Positions 1-8,796 of a DNA stretch of 64,000 nt are shown piece by piece. Where the stretch lies: the NCBI GenBank assembly GCA_938038735.1, contig CALHSW010000074.1:16302-80301 (forward strand), read 5' to 3'. Below the pieces are notes generated by a model, which saw only the letters and a program-made list of their open reading frames with translations, had not been told where the DNA came from and did not search any database. The first letter of the stretch is position 1, and every line of letters begins with the position of its first letter. Origin of the DNA: an uncultured Bacteroidia bacterium (GTDB taxonomy: Bacteria; Bacteroidota; Bacteroidia; Bacteroidales; CAJPTX01). Position numbers and translations under genes: made by a program.

Positions 1-1
1 G

Positions 2-856
2 CAAACCAAGCGTGTGCAGCAGCTCTCCGATGAGTACTTCAAGAATAGGCCTATACTGTACGATAACCCAGCGTATAGGGATTTATTCAATACGATTTAC
101 ACCAAGTACTTCCAATTCCATGGGCGGACGAAAGAGGGGCAACAGATTTTTAGAGCGATAACGGAGGAGCGGAGTCTCCACTCGCTGGTGCGCGTGCTGC
201 GGCAGAACGATAATTTGCAACCGATGGCGTTGCTAGAGATGGTGGTACTCAAGGGGCTTCATGATGAGTTTTTTGATGCGAACTTTTCGCGTGAGGCCCT
301 CTCGGTGGTGCTAGACTCGTTGAGTAGCCGCACAGACATTGCAGAACATGCATATATAGCGAGCTATATAAGGGAAAAAGTGACTCGGCTGCTGCCTGGC
401 TTTGCGCCGTACCCGATACGTATCGCAGACGTAAAAGGGCGACTCCTCGATTTAAAGCAGCTGCGGGGGAAGCTGACGCTTATCATGTTCGCGATGACTA
501 CCTCGTACACGTGCATAGAAGATTTTGAGATGCTGCGGAAATTCCAAACGCGCTACGGGGAACATCTAGAGATAGTGACGCTATGCGCCGATGAAAATGC
601 TGCATCGGGGGCAGCATTTGTAGAGGCGCAGGGGTTCGGGTGGCATTTCGCCATGCTAGAGGAGCAAAAGGATTTGTTAGAGCGCTACGATGTGCGAGCC
701 TTCCCCACGTACTACCTTCTTGATGAGCGTGGCCTGCTGCTCTACTCCCCGGCGCGGTCGCCGCGGGAGGGGCTTGAGAGCCTGATTTTTCAGCAGTTCC
801 GTCAGCGGGGCTGGCAGCCCAATTTACCGCAACCTCCAAAAAGGTCTTTTCGGTGA
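2..856 (+). CDS. Thioredoxin-fold (TlpA/AhpC-TSA-like) protein, probably 5'-truncated by the window edge
   Basis: The frame is open from nt 2. The C-terminal ~130 aa show a redoxin-like pattern (GKLTLIMFAMTTSYTCIEDFEML...EIVTLCADEN...FPTYYLLDERG), but the CxxC position reads S-Y-T-C. Confidence 0.5.
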   Translation, partial: QTKRVQQLSDEYFKNRPILYDNPAYRDLFNTIYTKYFQFHGRTKEGQQIFRAITEERSLHSLVRVLRQNDNLQPMALLEMVVLKGLHDEFFDANFSREALSVVLDSLSSRTDIAEHAYIASYIREKVTRLLPGFAPYPIRIADVKGRLLDLKQLRGKLTLIMFAMTTSYTCIEDFEMLRKFQTRYGEHLEIVTLCADENAASGAAFVEAQGFGWHFAMLEEQKDLLERYDVRAFPTYYLLDERGLLLYSPARSPREGLESLIFQQFRQRGWQPNLPQPPKRSFR

Positions 857-1806
857 TTGACGTAGAGGGCTTGCAGGGTCTTGATTTAGGGTTGACGGCG
901 GGGGAAGTGGATACGGTTGCCCCCATGCCGCTACCTCCCGCCGCGGCGTTCCCTAGCGACTGGAGCGCTCTTTTCAGCGGGAGCAACCCCTACGAGGCGA
1001 CGGCCATGGCGGCGGTAGCGAACGATGGGATTGCTTCCGTAGCGAGGGTGTTCGCAGAGTCGGGGGCACAGAGTAGGTACGCAGTGCGGGGGGGCTACCC
1101 TTTACAAGGGGAGGTGGCGATTCCGAGACCTGCGGGGCAGATGCCCACGGCGGTGGGCGTAGCTGTGTTTGGCGTGCTGCAGCTGCTCTTTCTACTGTTT
1201 TTGCTGGTTCGACGGCAGTACTTTGCGCAGGTGCGCCGCTATGTGAACTCCCGTTTTTTCAACGTGGCTTCTGTGCGTACGGCCGAGACGGCTGTGCCAC
1301 TGTCGGTAGGCTTTAGGGTGGGGAGCGACGCGGCGTGGGCTCTGCTGGTTGGGTTCTTGATTTGGTATAGCCAGTGGTTGCAATGGCGGTTGCGTACGAG
1401 TGCCGAGGAAACGCTTCTCGGCATGCTGGCCTGCATAGGCGGCATGCTGCTGCTTACGGGTTTGCGGTACGCGGTGCTGGCATCGGCGGAGGGCCTATCC
1501 GGCAGAAAGGAGCTAAGCTGGGAGCTGTGGGAGAATGCGCAGGTGCCAATGCGGGCCATGTGGCCGTTGCTGCTCGTAGGGGCACTCCTGTCGGTGTACA
1601 CGGTGCCCACGTTCCAATGGTACGTGCTGCTGGTGGTGCTGGGAATGGCTGGGGGGGGCTGGGTGCTGCGCGCGTACCGCTTGATGATGGCCTTCCGCTG
1701 GCACGGCTATGGGTGGCTCTACTTTTTTTTGTACCTTTGCGGCGTTGAGATTGTACTCCCTTTGCTTGCCGTGCGATTTGCAACGCTCTACCTATTAGGT
1801 AACTAG
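853..1806 (+). CDS. Polytopic membrane protein (DUF4271-like)
   Basis: GTGA start/stop overlap with the upstream ORF. There are about 6 hydrophobic helices (VGVAVFGVLQLLFLLFLLV, LACIGGMLLLTGL, WYVLLVVLGMAGGGWVL, LYFFLYLCGVEIVLPLLAV). Its position just upstream of a hemD-like gene is typical of Bacteroidales. Confidence 0.5.
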   Translation: MIDVEGLQGLDLGLTAGEVDTVAPMPLPPAAAFPSDWSALFSGSNPYEATAMAAVANDGIASVARVFAESGAQSRYAVRGGYPLQGEVAIPRPAGQMPTAVGVAVFGVLQLLFLLFLLVRRQYFAQVRRYVNSRFFNVASVRTAETAVPLSVGFRVGSDAAWALLVGFLIWYSQWLQWRLRTSAEETLLGMLACIGGMLLLTGLRYAVLASAEGLSGRKELSWELWENAQVPMRAMWPLLLVGALLSVYTVPTFQWYVLLVVLGMAGGGWVLRAYRLMMAFRWHGYGWLYFFLYLCGVEIVLPLLAVRFATLYLLGN

Positions 1807-1910
1807 GAGGTGTAAAGTTTTGACGAGGGGGACGCACAGCGCGGCGAAAGCGCTTCGGCAGAGCATGGAGGGGAGAGTAGTGCTAGAGAGAAACCAAAAC
1901 GGGGAAGGCG

Positions 1911-2663
1911 TTGAAAATATCAAAAGTACTAGTATCGCAGCCGAAGCCAACGAGTGCCTACGCGCCCTACGCAAAGCTAGAGCAATCGTGCGGGATAGAG
2001 ATTGTCTATAGGCCGCTAATTCACGTAGAGGGAGTGTCGGCGTTTGAATTTAGGAAGCAAAAGGTGGACTTCTCTAAGTTCGTAGGGGTGATATTTAATA
2101 GCAAGGTGGCGATAGACCATTTTTTCCGGCTGTGCACGGAGCTACGTTACCAGGTACCCGATACGCTACTGTACTTTTGCATAAGCGAGAGCGTGGCGCT
2201 CTACCTGCAGAAGTATGTGACGTACCGCAAGCGGAGGGTGTTTAGCTCCGCGTCAGGGGCGATGGAGGAGATGTTGCCCGAGATGCTCAAGCGAAAGGAG
2301 GAGCGGTTCTTGTTCCCGATGTCCAACGTGCAGGGCCCTGAGCAGATGCGGGAGCTGAAGAAGGCAGGGCTACACATCAAGAAGGCCATCCTATATAATA
2401 CGGTGAGCAGCGATGTGCGAGATTTGGACATCCAGGCCTTCGACATGCTTGTCTTTTACAGTCCCTTCGGCGTGGCATCCCTGATGGAAAATTTTCCAGA
2501 CTACAGCCAGGGGGACACCAAGGTGGCTGTTTACGGGCGGAATACGCAGCGAGCCGCGAAGCAGGCGGGGCTGAAGGTGGACGTAATGGCCCCCACATCG
2601 AAGTGCCCAAGTCTGACCGATGCCATTGAGGCGTTCATTTGCGAGCAGAATAAAGTGGAGTAG
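1911..2663 (+). CDS. hemD: Uroporphyrinogen-III synthase-like protein (HemD family)
   Basis: 250-aa ORF beginning KISKVLVSQPKP...YAKLEQSCGIEIVYRPLIHVEG..KVDFSKFVGVIFNSKVAIDHFF, which matches the Bacteroidetes HemD-like pattern. Non-ATG (TTG) start. Confidence 0.7.
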   Translation: MKISKVLVSQPKPTSAYAPYAKLEQSCGIEIVYRPLIHVEGVSAFEFRKQKVDFSKFVGVIFNSKVAIDHFFRLCTELRYQVPDTLLYFCISESVALYLQKYVTYRKRRVFSSASGAMEEMLPEMLKRKEERFLFPMSNVQGPEQMRELKKAGLHIKKAILYNTVSSDVRDLDIQAFDMLVFYSPFGVASLMENFPDYSQGDTKVAVYGRNTQRAAKQAGLKVDVMAPTSKCPSLTDAIEAFICEQNKVE

Positions 2664-2682
2664 CGCGGAGCGCTAGAGGGGA

Positions 2683-3120
2683 ATGGCGGAGCAGACAGGG
2701 GCAGGAGGCGTGCCGCTGCAGCGGCTTCGCTGTACGTACGGCCGAGGGCGCAGGGTGCGTCTGCGGCGTGACACAACGGAGCTCTTTCAGCGTGGGCAGC
2801 GGTGTTTCGATTTTCCCTATCGGGGTGTGGTGAGTGCGTATAGAAGCGCCCCTAGGGCGGCGGGCGGTTGCCGCTTGCTAGCGGTGGCCCCCAAAAGGGT
2901 GTGTAAACTGGCGGTGGATAGAAATGCGCAGAAGCGCCGCATGCGGGAGCTATTCCGAGTGGAGTCGGCAGAGCTTCACGCGGCGTGCCTAGCGCGGGGC
3001 GTGAGGGTGGACGTGGCGGTTGTTTTGGTGAGCAGCGAAGAGGTGTCATGGCAGCGTGCGCGCCGGGCTATGAAGAAAATTTTACGCCATGCAGAGCAAG
3101 CGGCAAGACGAATTGCGTAA
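2683..3120 (+). CDS. rnpA: Ribonuclease P protein component
   Basis: Small basic protein (RLRRDTTELFQRGQR..., LAVAPKRVCKLAVDRNAQKRRMRELFR) immediately upstream of yidD, the conserved rnpA-yidD pair. Confidence 0.75.
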   Translation: MAEQTGAGGVPLQRLRCTYGRGRRVRLRRDTTELFQRGQRCFDFPYRGVVSAYRSAPRAAGGCRLLAVAPKRVCKLAVDRNAQKRRMRELFRVESAELHAACLARGVRVDVAVVLVSSEEVSWQRARRAMKKILRHAEQAARRIA

Positions 3121-3391
3121 GGATTGGTGCCGAGGGGCTGCGCTAGGCAGGGCTGTGCAGTGGTTGCTTATAGCTCCGATACGTCTGTATCAGCGTTTTG
3201 TGTCGCCGTTGCTGCCACCATCGTGCCGCTACAGCCCTACCTGCTCCAACTATTGCATAGAGGCAGTGCAGCGTCACGGTGCGTTCATGGGCACCGCGCT
3301 GTGCGCCTGGCGGCTGCTGCGGTGCAACCCATGGGGAGGGCATGGGCGCGATGAGGTACCCCCGCATACCCTAGGAAGAGGAGAGAATTGA
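3089..3391 (+). CDS. yidD: Membrane protein insertion efficiency factor YidD
   Basis: Contains LLIAPIRLYQRFVSPLLPPSCRYSPTCSNYCIEAVQRHGAFMGTALCAWRLLRCNPWGGHG, the YidD signature. The exact start is uncertain because it overlaps rnpA. Confidence 0.85.
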   Translation: MQSKRQDELRKDWCRGAALGRAVQWLLIAPIRLYQRFVSPLLPPSCRYSPTCSNYCIEAVQRHGAFMGTALCAWRLLRCNPWGGHGRDEVPPHTLGRGEN

Positions 3392-3410
3392 TGGTGCAGG
3401 TATTTTTTGC

Positions 3411-3418
3411 TACTTTTG
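3411..3418 (+). promoter_or_regulatory. Bacteroidetes -7 promoter box TACTTTTG (TAnnTTTG)
   Basis: Exact TAnnTTTG match 26 nt upstream of the ATG at 3444. Confidence 0.5.
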
Positions 3419-3443
3419 TGTGGAATATAATGAGGAGAGTTTG

Positions 3444-3953
3444 ATGGGAAGCCTAAAGGTTGGCGATGCTGCGCTATACGATTACCTTGATGCGCTGGGG
3501 GTGCGCTACGAGTACCACACGCATCCGGCGGCACCCACTGTGGAGATTGCCATGCAGTATTGGAAAGATATTCCGGGGGTGCATTGCAAGAACCTTTTTA
3601 TGCGAAACCACAAGGGCAATCACCACTTCTTGCTAATAGCACCCGGCGAGAAGAGTGTGGATATTCATGGCATGGAGCAGCGCGTGAGGGAGGGGAAACT
3701 GTCGTTTGCCTCGGCGCAGCGTATGCAGAAGTATTTAGGGGTGCAGCCTGGCTCTGTATCGCCCTTCGGGGTGCTGCACGATGCTGACCATGAGGTATAT
3801 CTCTTTCTAGATGAGGAGCTGAGCGGGGCGGAGAGGATAAGCTTTCACCCCAACGACAATAGGGCCTCCCTGGTGGTGAGCTGCGCCGATTTACTTCGCT
3901 TTTTGGATTCGTTGGGGAATAGGTACGAGTTTGTGGATTTGTCAAACCCCTAG
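3444..3953 (+). CDS. YbaK/ProX-type aminoacyl-tRNA deacylase domain protein
   Basis: YEYHTHPAAPTVEIAMQYW..IPGVHCKNLFMRNHKGNHHFLLIAP..SVSPFGVLHD resembles prolyl-tRNA-synthetase-associated editing domains. The start was moved to the ATG downstream of the -7 box. Confidence 0.65.
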   Translation: MGSLKVGDAALYDYLDALGVRYEYHTHPAAPTVEIAMQYWKDIPGVHCKNLFMRNHKGNHHFLLIAPGEKSVDIHGMEQRVREGKLSFASAQRMQKYLGVQPGSVSPFGVLHDADHEVYLFLDEELSGAERISFHPNDNRASLVVSCADLLRFLDSLGNRYEFVDLSNP

Positions 3954-3958
3954 TGCGT

Positions 3959-4990
3959 ATGCCTCAAAACTTGCGCTCTCAGCAGGGCTACTGCGGGCTT
4001 TACACGCTGGAAGAGACGGCGGAGATGATTCGCGAGGGCCGTTTGCTCATCGTGGCAGCCGATGGGAACGTGCTCACTTCACTGCCAGTGGGGACGTGGT
4101 TGGGGGGAGTATGCACCCGATTTCAAGTGGGCAATGGGTGTGTGCGCAGCGAGGAGAAGGCCTACGTATTAGATCTCACTGATGTGGTGCAAAGCCATCG
4201 GCTGGGGCTATACCCAGATTTTGCGATGGAGTCGGTGTACGAGGATATGCCGAGCAATGGGTTCTCGTTCCTTCTGATTCCGGGATTTAGCGAGGTGCAT
4301 CGGTATTTCGGCGCGCAGTTCGCCATCCGGCGTAAGCCCACATCGTCACCATTGACGGGCTTTGTGGCGGGGGCTGACGTAGGAGAGGCGTACATGCAGG
4401 ATCCGTTTGTGGTTGATGGGATGCATGGTGTGGTTTACCGAGATAGCGGAGTGGCGTTGCACTGCAGGCTCAGGAAATCGCAGCGTGCACGCATTGAGGT
4501 GATTAATCCGTTTAGTGAAGGTGCCGCGGGCGATGTCATTACTTTTGAGTCGTCAGCATTGGTGCTGCGGGAGTGTAAGGTAAATGGGGAGACACGAAAT
4601 TTTGCTGATTACGTTCGGGAGCAGGCGATTCCGGATGGATTGCCGTTGGTGGGGCGGGTGCGAGGAATGACCCTAAACGTGACGTTGCTGTTTCCGCTAG
4701 GGCGGGGGTCTGTGACGGCTCTTTCGCCCGTGCTGCCTTCGGTGGAGTACCGGTTTGCCCGCTGGGATGAGATGGGGTGCCAGCGTTACGTTGACGTTGC
4801 ACGGCGGGCCACGCGCCGGGTGGTAGCGAGTATGCACGGCTATGGGAACTACCCGATGATGGCAAAGGAGGGCAACAAGGAGAGACCATTTCCGGGGCCG
4901 TTTGCGTTGGGTGAAATAGCCATGCTACTGATGAACCAAACCACGGTGAATTTAATTGTGGAGGAAGTGGATGACGATGAAGTACAGTGA
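3959..4990 (+). CDS. Hypothetical protein (possibly a FIST-like sensory fold)
   Basis: 344-aa ORF tightly packed between the flanking genes. I recognise no diagnostic motif. The FIST-like idea rests only on a general resemblance (…GPFALGEIAML…). Confidence 0.4.
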   Translation: MPQNLRSQQGYCGLYTLEETAEMIREGRLLIVAADGNVLTSLPVGTWLGGVCTRFQVGNGCVRSEEKAYVLDLTDVVQSHRLGLYPDFAMESVYEDMPSNGFSFLLIPGFSEVHRYFGAQFAIRRKPTSSPLTGFVAGADVGEAYMQDPFVVDGMHGVVYRDSGVALHCRLRKSQRARIEVINPFSEGAAGDVITFESSALVLRECKVNGETRNFADYVREQAIPDGLPLVGRVRGMTLNVTLLFPLGRGSVTALSPVLPSVEYRFARWDEMGCQRYVDVARRATRRVVASMHGYGNYPMMAKEGNKERPFPGPFALGEIAMLLMNQTTVNLIVEEVDDDEVQ

Positions 4991-5037
4991 AAGGGGCTGT
5001 GGGAGCAGAGCGATTATATTGTAGGGGGAGATAGAAG

Positions 5038-6303
5038 ATGGCAGGAGCGAATAGGGTAGATGTAGAAGCGATAAAGCGGCGCTTTGGGATAATAGGGACG
5101 CATCCGGCTTTGATCCAAGCAATAGAGGTGGCGTACCAGGTGGCGGGCACGGACCTGTCGGTGCTGGTGCTGGGCGAGAGTGGGGCAGGGAAGGAGTTTT
5201 TCCCAAAAATAATCCACCAGTACGGAGCGAGAAAGCATGGGCAATATATCGCGGTGAACTGCGGTGCGATTCCCGAGGGAACGATAGATTCGGAGCTGTT
5301 TGGGCACGTTAAGGGGGCGTTTACGGGGGCGGTGGAGAACCGAGCTGGTTACTTTGAGGCGGCCGATGGGGGTACGATTTTTCTAGATGAGGTGGCGGAG
5401 CTTCCGCTCTCGACGCAGGCTCGTTTGCTTCGCATGTTGGAAAGTGGGGAGTTTATGCGGGTGGGGTCGTCGCAGGTGCAGACGGTGGATGCGCGGATTG
5501 TTGCGGCGACCAACGTGCGACTCGATGAGGCCATCGCCGAGGGGAAGTTCCGAGAGGATTTGTACTATAGGCTGTCAACCATCCCGATAAGGGTGCCGGC
5601 GTTGCGGGAGCGAGGCGATGATAGCGTGCTGCTATTCACGCATTTCGCCGTGGAGTTTGCGGAGCGGTACAAGATGCCGCCGGTGCGGCTTACCGATGAG
5701 GCGCGGCAGCTATTGGTATCGTACCCATGGCCGGGCAACGTGCGGCAGCTCAAGAATATTACCGAGCAGATATCAATAATAGAGACGAGCCGGGAGCTTA
5801 CGGCGGAACGTTTGAATGCATATCTCTACCCCGATGGGCGGCGACCTTTGCCCGCCGTCTACAAGGAGGACCAGGCCGAGGGGAAGAGCGAGCGGGAGTT
5901 GCTATACAGCGTGCTATACGACATGCGGCATGACATGAATGACCTCAAGCAGCTCGTTTTTGACCTAATGCAGCGGCAGCACGTGCAGCCGAGCGATAGC
6001 TTCCTATCACAGCACCAGCGGATTATCCGTACGCTTGCACCCCACGAAGATGAGACATTTATGCCGCAGTCCCGCTTTCAGGATGGGCCTCCCATGGGCG
6101 AGGTGGTTCATTCAGAGCCGGTAATTATAGAGCATGAAGACAAGGAGGACGCACGGCAGTCGCTGGCGAGCGTGGAGGAGCAGACGATACGTGAGTGTTT
6201 GCGTCGTCATGACGGAAGAAGGCGGTCGGCCGCCGAGGAGCTAGGGATAAGCGAGCGGACCCTTTACCGAAAGATTAAAACGTACGGAATAGAGGACGAA
6301 TGA
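5038..6303 (+). CDS. Sigma-54-dependent transcriptional activator (AAA+ and Fis-type HTH, no N-terminal regulatory domain)
   Basis: Walker A GESGAGKE, GAFTGA loop (KGAFTGAVENRAGYFE), ELFGH, and C-terminal HTH AAEELGISERTLYRKIKTYGI. Only about 25 aa precede the AAA+ core. Confidence 0.9.
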   Translation: MAGANRVDVEAIKRRFGIIGTHPALIQAIEVAYQVAGTDLSVLVLGESGAGKEFFPKIIHQYGARKHGQYIAVNCGAIPEGTIDSELFGHVKGAFTGAVENRAGYFEAADGGTIFLDEVAELPLSTQARLLRMLESGEFMRVGSSQVQTVDARIVAATNVRLDEAIAEGKFREDLYYRLSTIPIRVPALRERGDDSVLLFTHFAVEFAERYKMPPVRLTDEARQLLVSYPWPGNVRQLKNITEQISIIETSRELTAERLNAYLYPDGRRPLPAVYKEDQAEGKSERELLYSVLYDMRHDMNDLKQLVFDLMQRQHVQPSDSFLSQHQRIIRTLAPHEDETFMPQSRFQDGPPMGEVVHSEPVIIEHEDKEDARQSLASVEEQTIRECLRRHDGRRRSAAEELGISERTLYRKIKTYGIEDE

Positions 6304-6827
6304 TGTGTAAGCGTAAGATTGACAGATTACTGTGTAAAGTGTTAGTGCTGTGTTGCGTGCTGGTTTCTACAGGGTGCTCAATACGGTATTCGTTTACAGG
6401 CGCGAGCATCCCACCTAGCGCGAAGAGCGTGTCGGTGGCCCCGTTCCCCAATGTGGCGCCGCTGGTTAATGCCACGTTTGCCTCGGCCTTTGTGGAGGCG
6501 TTAAAGGATCGTTTCACTTCGCAAACGCGTCTATCAATACAGGATTATGGGGGCGACTTTGATTTTGAGGGGGAGATAACGGGGTACTCGGTGGCGCCCA
6601 CGGCGATTCAGGGGAATGAGACCGCCGCAATGAATAGGCTTACCGTGACGGTGCATGTGAAATTCACGAACAACCTGGACGAGAAGGCGAGCTACGATAA
6701 GAGTTTTTCCGCCTACGAGGATTTTTCATCGGCGCAACAGCTCACACAGGTGGAGGGGGAGCTTGCTCCCAGGTTGATAGAGAAGTTGGTGGATGACATT
6801 TTTAATGCGGCGGTGGCGAACTGGTAA
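6300..6827 (+). CDS. lptE: LptE-like LPS-assembly lipoprotein
   Basis: ATGA overlap with the activator gene. Lipoprotein signal with lipobox (LVSTGC), 175 aa, and the usual Bacteroidales position after the sigma-54 activator. Confidence 0.55.
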   Translation: MMCKRKIDRLLCKVLVLCCVLVSTGCSIRYSFTGASIPPSAKSVSVAPFPNVAPLVNATFASAFVEALKDRFTSQTRLSIQDYGGDFDFEGEITGYSVAPTAIQGNETAAMNRLTVTVHVKFTNNLDEKASYDKSFSAYEDFSSAQQLTQVEGELAPRLIEKLVDDIFNAAVANW

Positions 6828-6862
6828 TGCGGCATGGCGGTCGGCAGTGCCATAAAAATGAT

Positions 6863-6870
6863 TACCTTTG
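6863..6870 (+). promoter_or_regulatory. -7 promoter box TACCTTTG
   Basis: Exact TAnnTTTG match 32 nt upstream of the ATG at 6902. Confidence 0.55.
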
Positions 6871-6901
6871 CGAGGCTACTAAGGGAAACGAAGCATAGCT
6901 G

Positions 6902-8161
6902 ATGTTGACGCTAGATGGATTGGGGAAACTGTTGACGCAGAGCGACCATGGGACTCCTATGACGGAGTCGGAGGTGGAGGCACTGTGCGCTCAGTACCCC
7001 TATTTCCATGCGGCGCAGCTCTATAGAGCTGTGCTAGCTGAGCGGCAAGGGGAAGGGGGAGAAAAGACGAACAATGCGGTGCTGACCCCCGATAGGCTAG
7101 TTCTCTATTCGCTTGTGCATGGAGCACCGTGCGATTACGAGGCAGCAGAAGAGGGGCAGCTTGAGGAGGCGTGGGAAACGCAAACGAGTGCGGCAGAGTC
7201 GCTGGAGCTTGTTCAAGAGCAGGAGGGTGTAGAGGATGAGGTAGAGGAGCTTACCGTATGCGCCGAAAGGGATGAGACCAGTGAGAATGGGGAAGGCGGA
7301 GTGTCAGCATCGCAAGAGCAAACTGCTGTTGTGGAGGTGCAAGAGGAGGAGGCTCCGGTGCAGGAGACATTGGCAGGGGCTATAGAAAGGGAGCGAGAGG
7401 AAGGGAGCGTAGAGGCGGAGAAGGGAGAGATAGGAGCGTTTGGCGAAGCGGTTCCTGCTGTTGAGGAGGAGTCAGCGGTTGCGGCAAGCGATTTAGAGAC
7501 ACCGTTAGAGACGGAGGTTGCTGCGACAGAGAGTGTCTGCAACGATGAAGCGGCAGTTGAAGCACCAGGGGAGGCTGAAGGGGCAGCCGTGGAGGCGAGT
7601 GGAGAAAGTGAGGATATTTCGCAGGGGGAGAGCGGGACTAGCGATTCGGGCGAGGTGCCCACGTTGGATCTCCGCGGGGTGCTGGAGTTTTCGCTTTCGC
7701 AAGAGGTGCCAGGCATGGCGCCGAGCCTATCAACGTTTAGCGCAGCTGATTTCAATCTCACCCAAAAGGATATAGACTACATCAATACGCACCTCAATCC
7801 GCAGCGGGATGAAAGTGCGGAGGGGCAAGAAGATGGAGTTGCAATTGAGGAGGAGAGGCAGTCGCAGGCTCAACGTATAGATAGCTTTATAGAAAATTTT
7901 GATAGCATTCTATCGAAGGTCCTGCGAGAGGAGCGGGAAACTGCGGAACAAGGCGTGGAGCCTGAGGATCTGTCGGAGTCGCAGCAGCAGTTAGACTCGC
8001 ATATTGCAAGCGAGCGGTTGGCATTCCTGTTGGCTGAAAAGGGAGAGTATGGCGTGGCGATTCCGATGTATGAGAGGTTGCAAGCGCAAAATCCGGAAAA
8101 AAGTAGTTACTTCGCGGAGATTATAGCGCGCTTGAGACGGCGCGAAGAAGAGAATCAGTAA
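6902..8161 (+). CDS. Highly acidic Glu/Ala-rich protein with structured N- and C-terminal ends
   Basis: 419-aa ORF with a central ~250 aa of E/A/V/S low complexity. The termini are ordered (…QYPYFHAAQLYRAVLAE…, …ERLAFLLAEKGEYGVAIPMYERLQAQNPEKSSYFAEII…, TPR-like). Confidence 0.5.
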   Translation: MLTLDGLGKLLTQSDHGTPMTESEVEALCAQYPYFHAAQLYRAVLAERQGEGGEKTNNAVLTPDRLVLYSLVHGAPCDYEAAEEGQLEEAWETQTSAAESLELVQEQEGVEDEVEELTVCAERDETSENGEGGVSASQEQTAVVEVQEEEAPVQETLAGAIEREREEGSVEAEKGEIGAFGEAVPAVEEESAVAASDLETPLETEVAATESVCNDEAAVEAPGEAEGAAVEASGESEDISQGESGTSDSGEVPTLDLRGVLEFSLSQEVPGMAPSLSTFSAADFNLTQKDIDYINTHLNPQRDESAEGQEDGVAIEEERQSQAQRIDSFIENFDSILSKVLREERETAEQGVEPEDLSESQQQLDSHIASERLAFLLAEKGEYGVAIPMYERLQAQNPEKSSYFAEIIARLRRREEENQ

Positions 8162-8176
8162 TAGGGAGAAGAGGCG

Positions 8177-8545
8177 ATGTTGTACAATATTATCACAATA
8201 ATAATATTGCTGGTGTGCGTGCTACTGGTGCTGTTTGTACTAGTGCAGAATTCGAAGGGGGGCGGATTGGTTTCCTCACTAGGAGGTGCGAGCAATGTGG
8301 TAGGCGTGCGCGAGTCGGCGAACATTTTGGAGAAGGGAACGTGGACTTTGGCGGTGGTGCTGATGGTGTTGAGTTTCTTTGCGGTGGCGGCGCTGCCGCG
8401 GCAGGATCAGGGTCAAGGCGAGTCGCGTATACAGCAGCAGGTGCAGCGCACGGAGGCGGGCGCAGTGCCAGTGCAGCTGCCAGATGTGCCGGCTGACGAG
8501 GATGTCGCCAACCAGCCAGCCGCGACGCCAGAGCAGCCGGAGTAA
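8177..8545 (+). CDS. secG: Preprotein translocase subunit SecG
   Basis: MLYNIITIIILLVCVLLVLFVLVQNSKGGGL..LGG....G......LEKGTW is the SecG pattern, followed by a Pro/Gln-rich tail. Confidence 0.85.
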   Translation: MLYNIITIIILLVCVLLVLFVLVQNSKGGGLVSSLGGASNVVGVRESANILEKGTWTLAVVLMVLSFFAVAALPRQDQGQGESRIQQQVQRTEAGAVPVQLPDVPADEDVANQPAATPEQPE

Positions 8546-8796
8546 AGGAAGAATAGATTTTCCCCGCCATTTTGACTAGGGGGATGGAAGTGAGGGAGAA
8601 AGAGCTTTTATGGGTTCTTTCTCCCTTGTTGCGCTCCATAGCGATTTGTTTTGCTGCGTTTATGCATGCTTAAGGAGTGCAAGAGTTTCTTGCTAGATTA
8701 TAGAGGTCTCGGGCTTGTTGCTTGCTTAACATTTCTGCTCCGCAGTGGGGGTATGCCTATTTGCCCCTGCGAGGTGGGCAATGGTGATCCTATCGA

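Noticed and set aside
1820-2011. A 63-aa ORF upstream of and overlapping hemD.
   Set aside because: It overlaps the hemD start in another frame, has no motif, and the better-supported hemD N-terminus (KISKVLVSQPKP) begins inside it.
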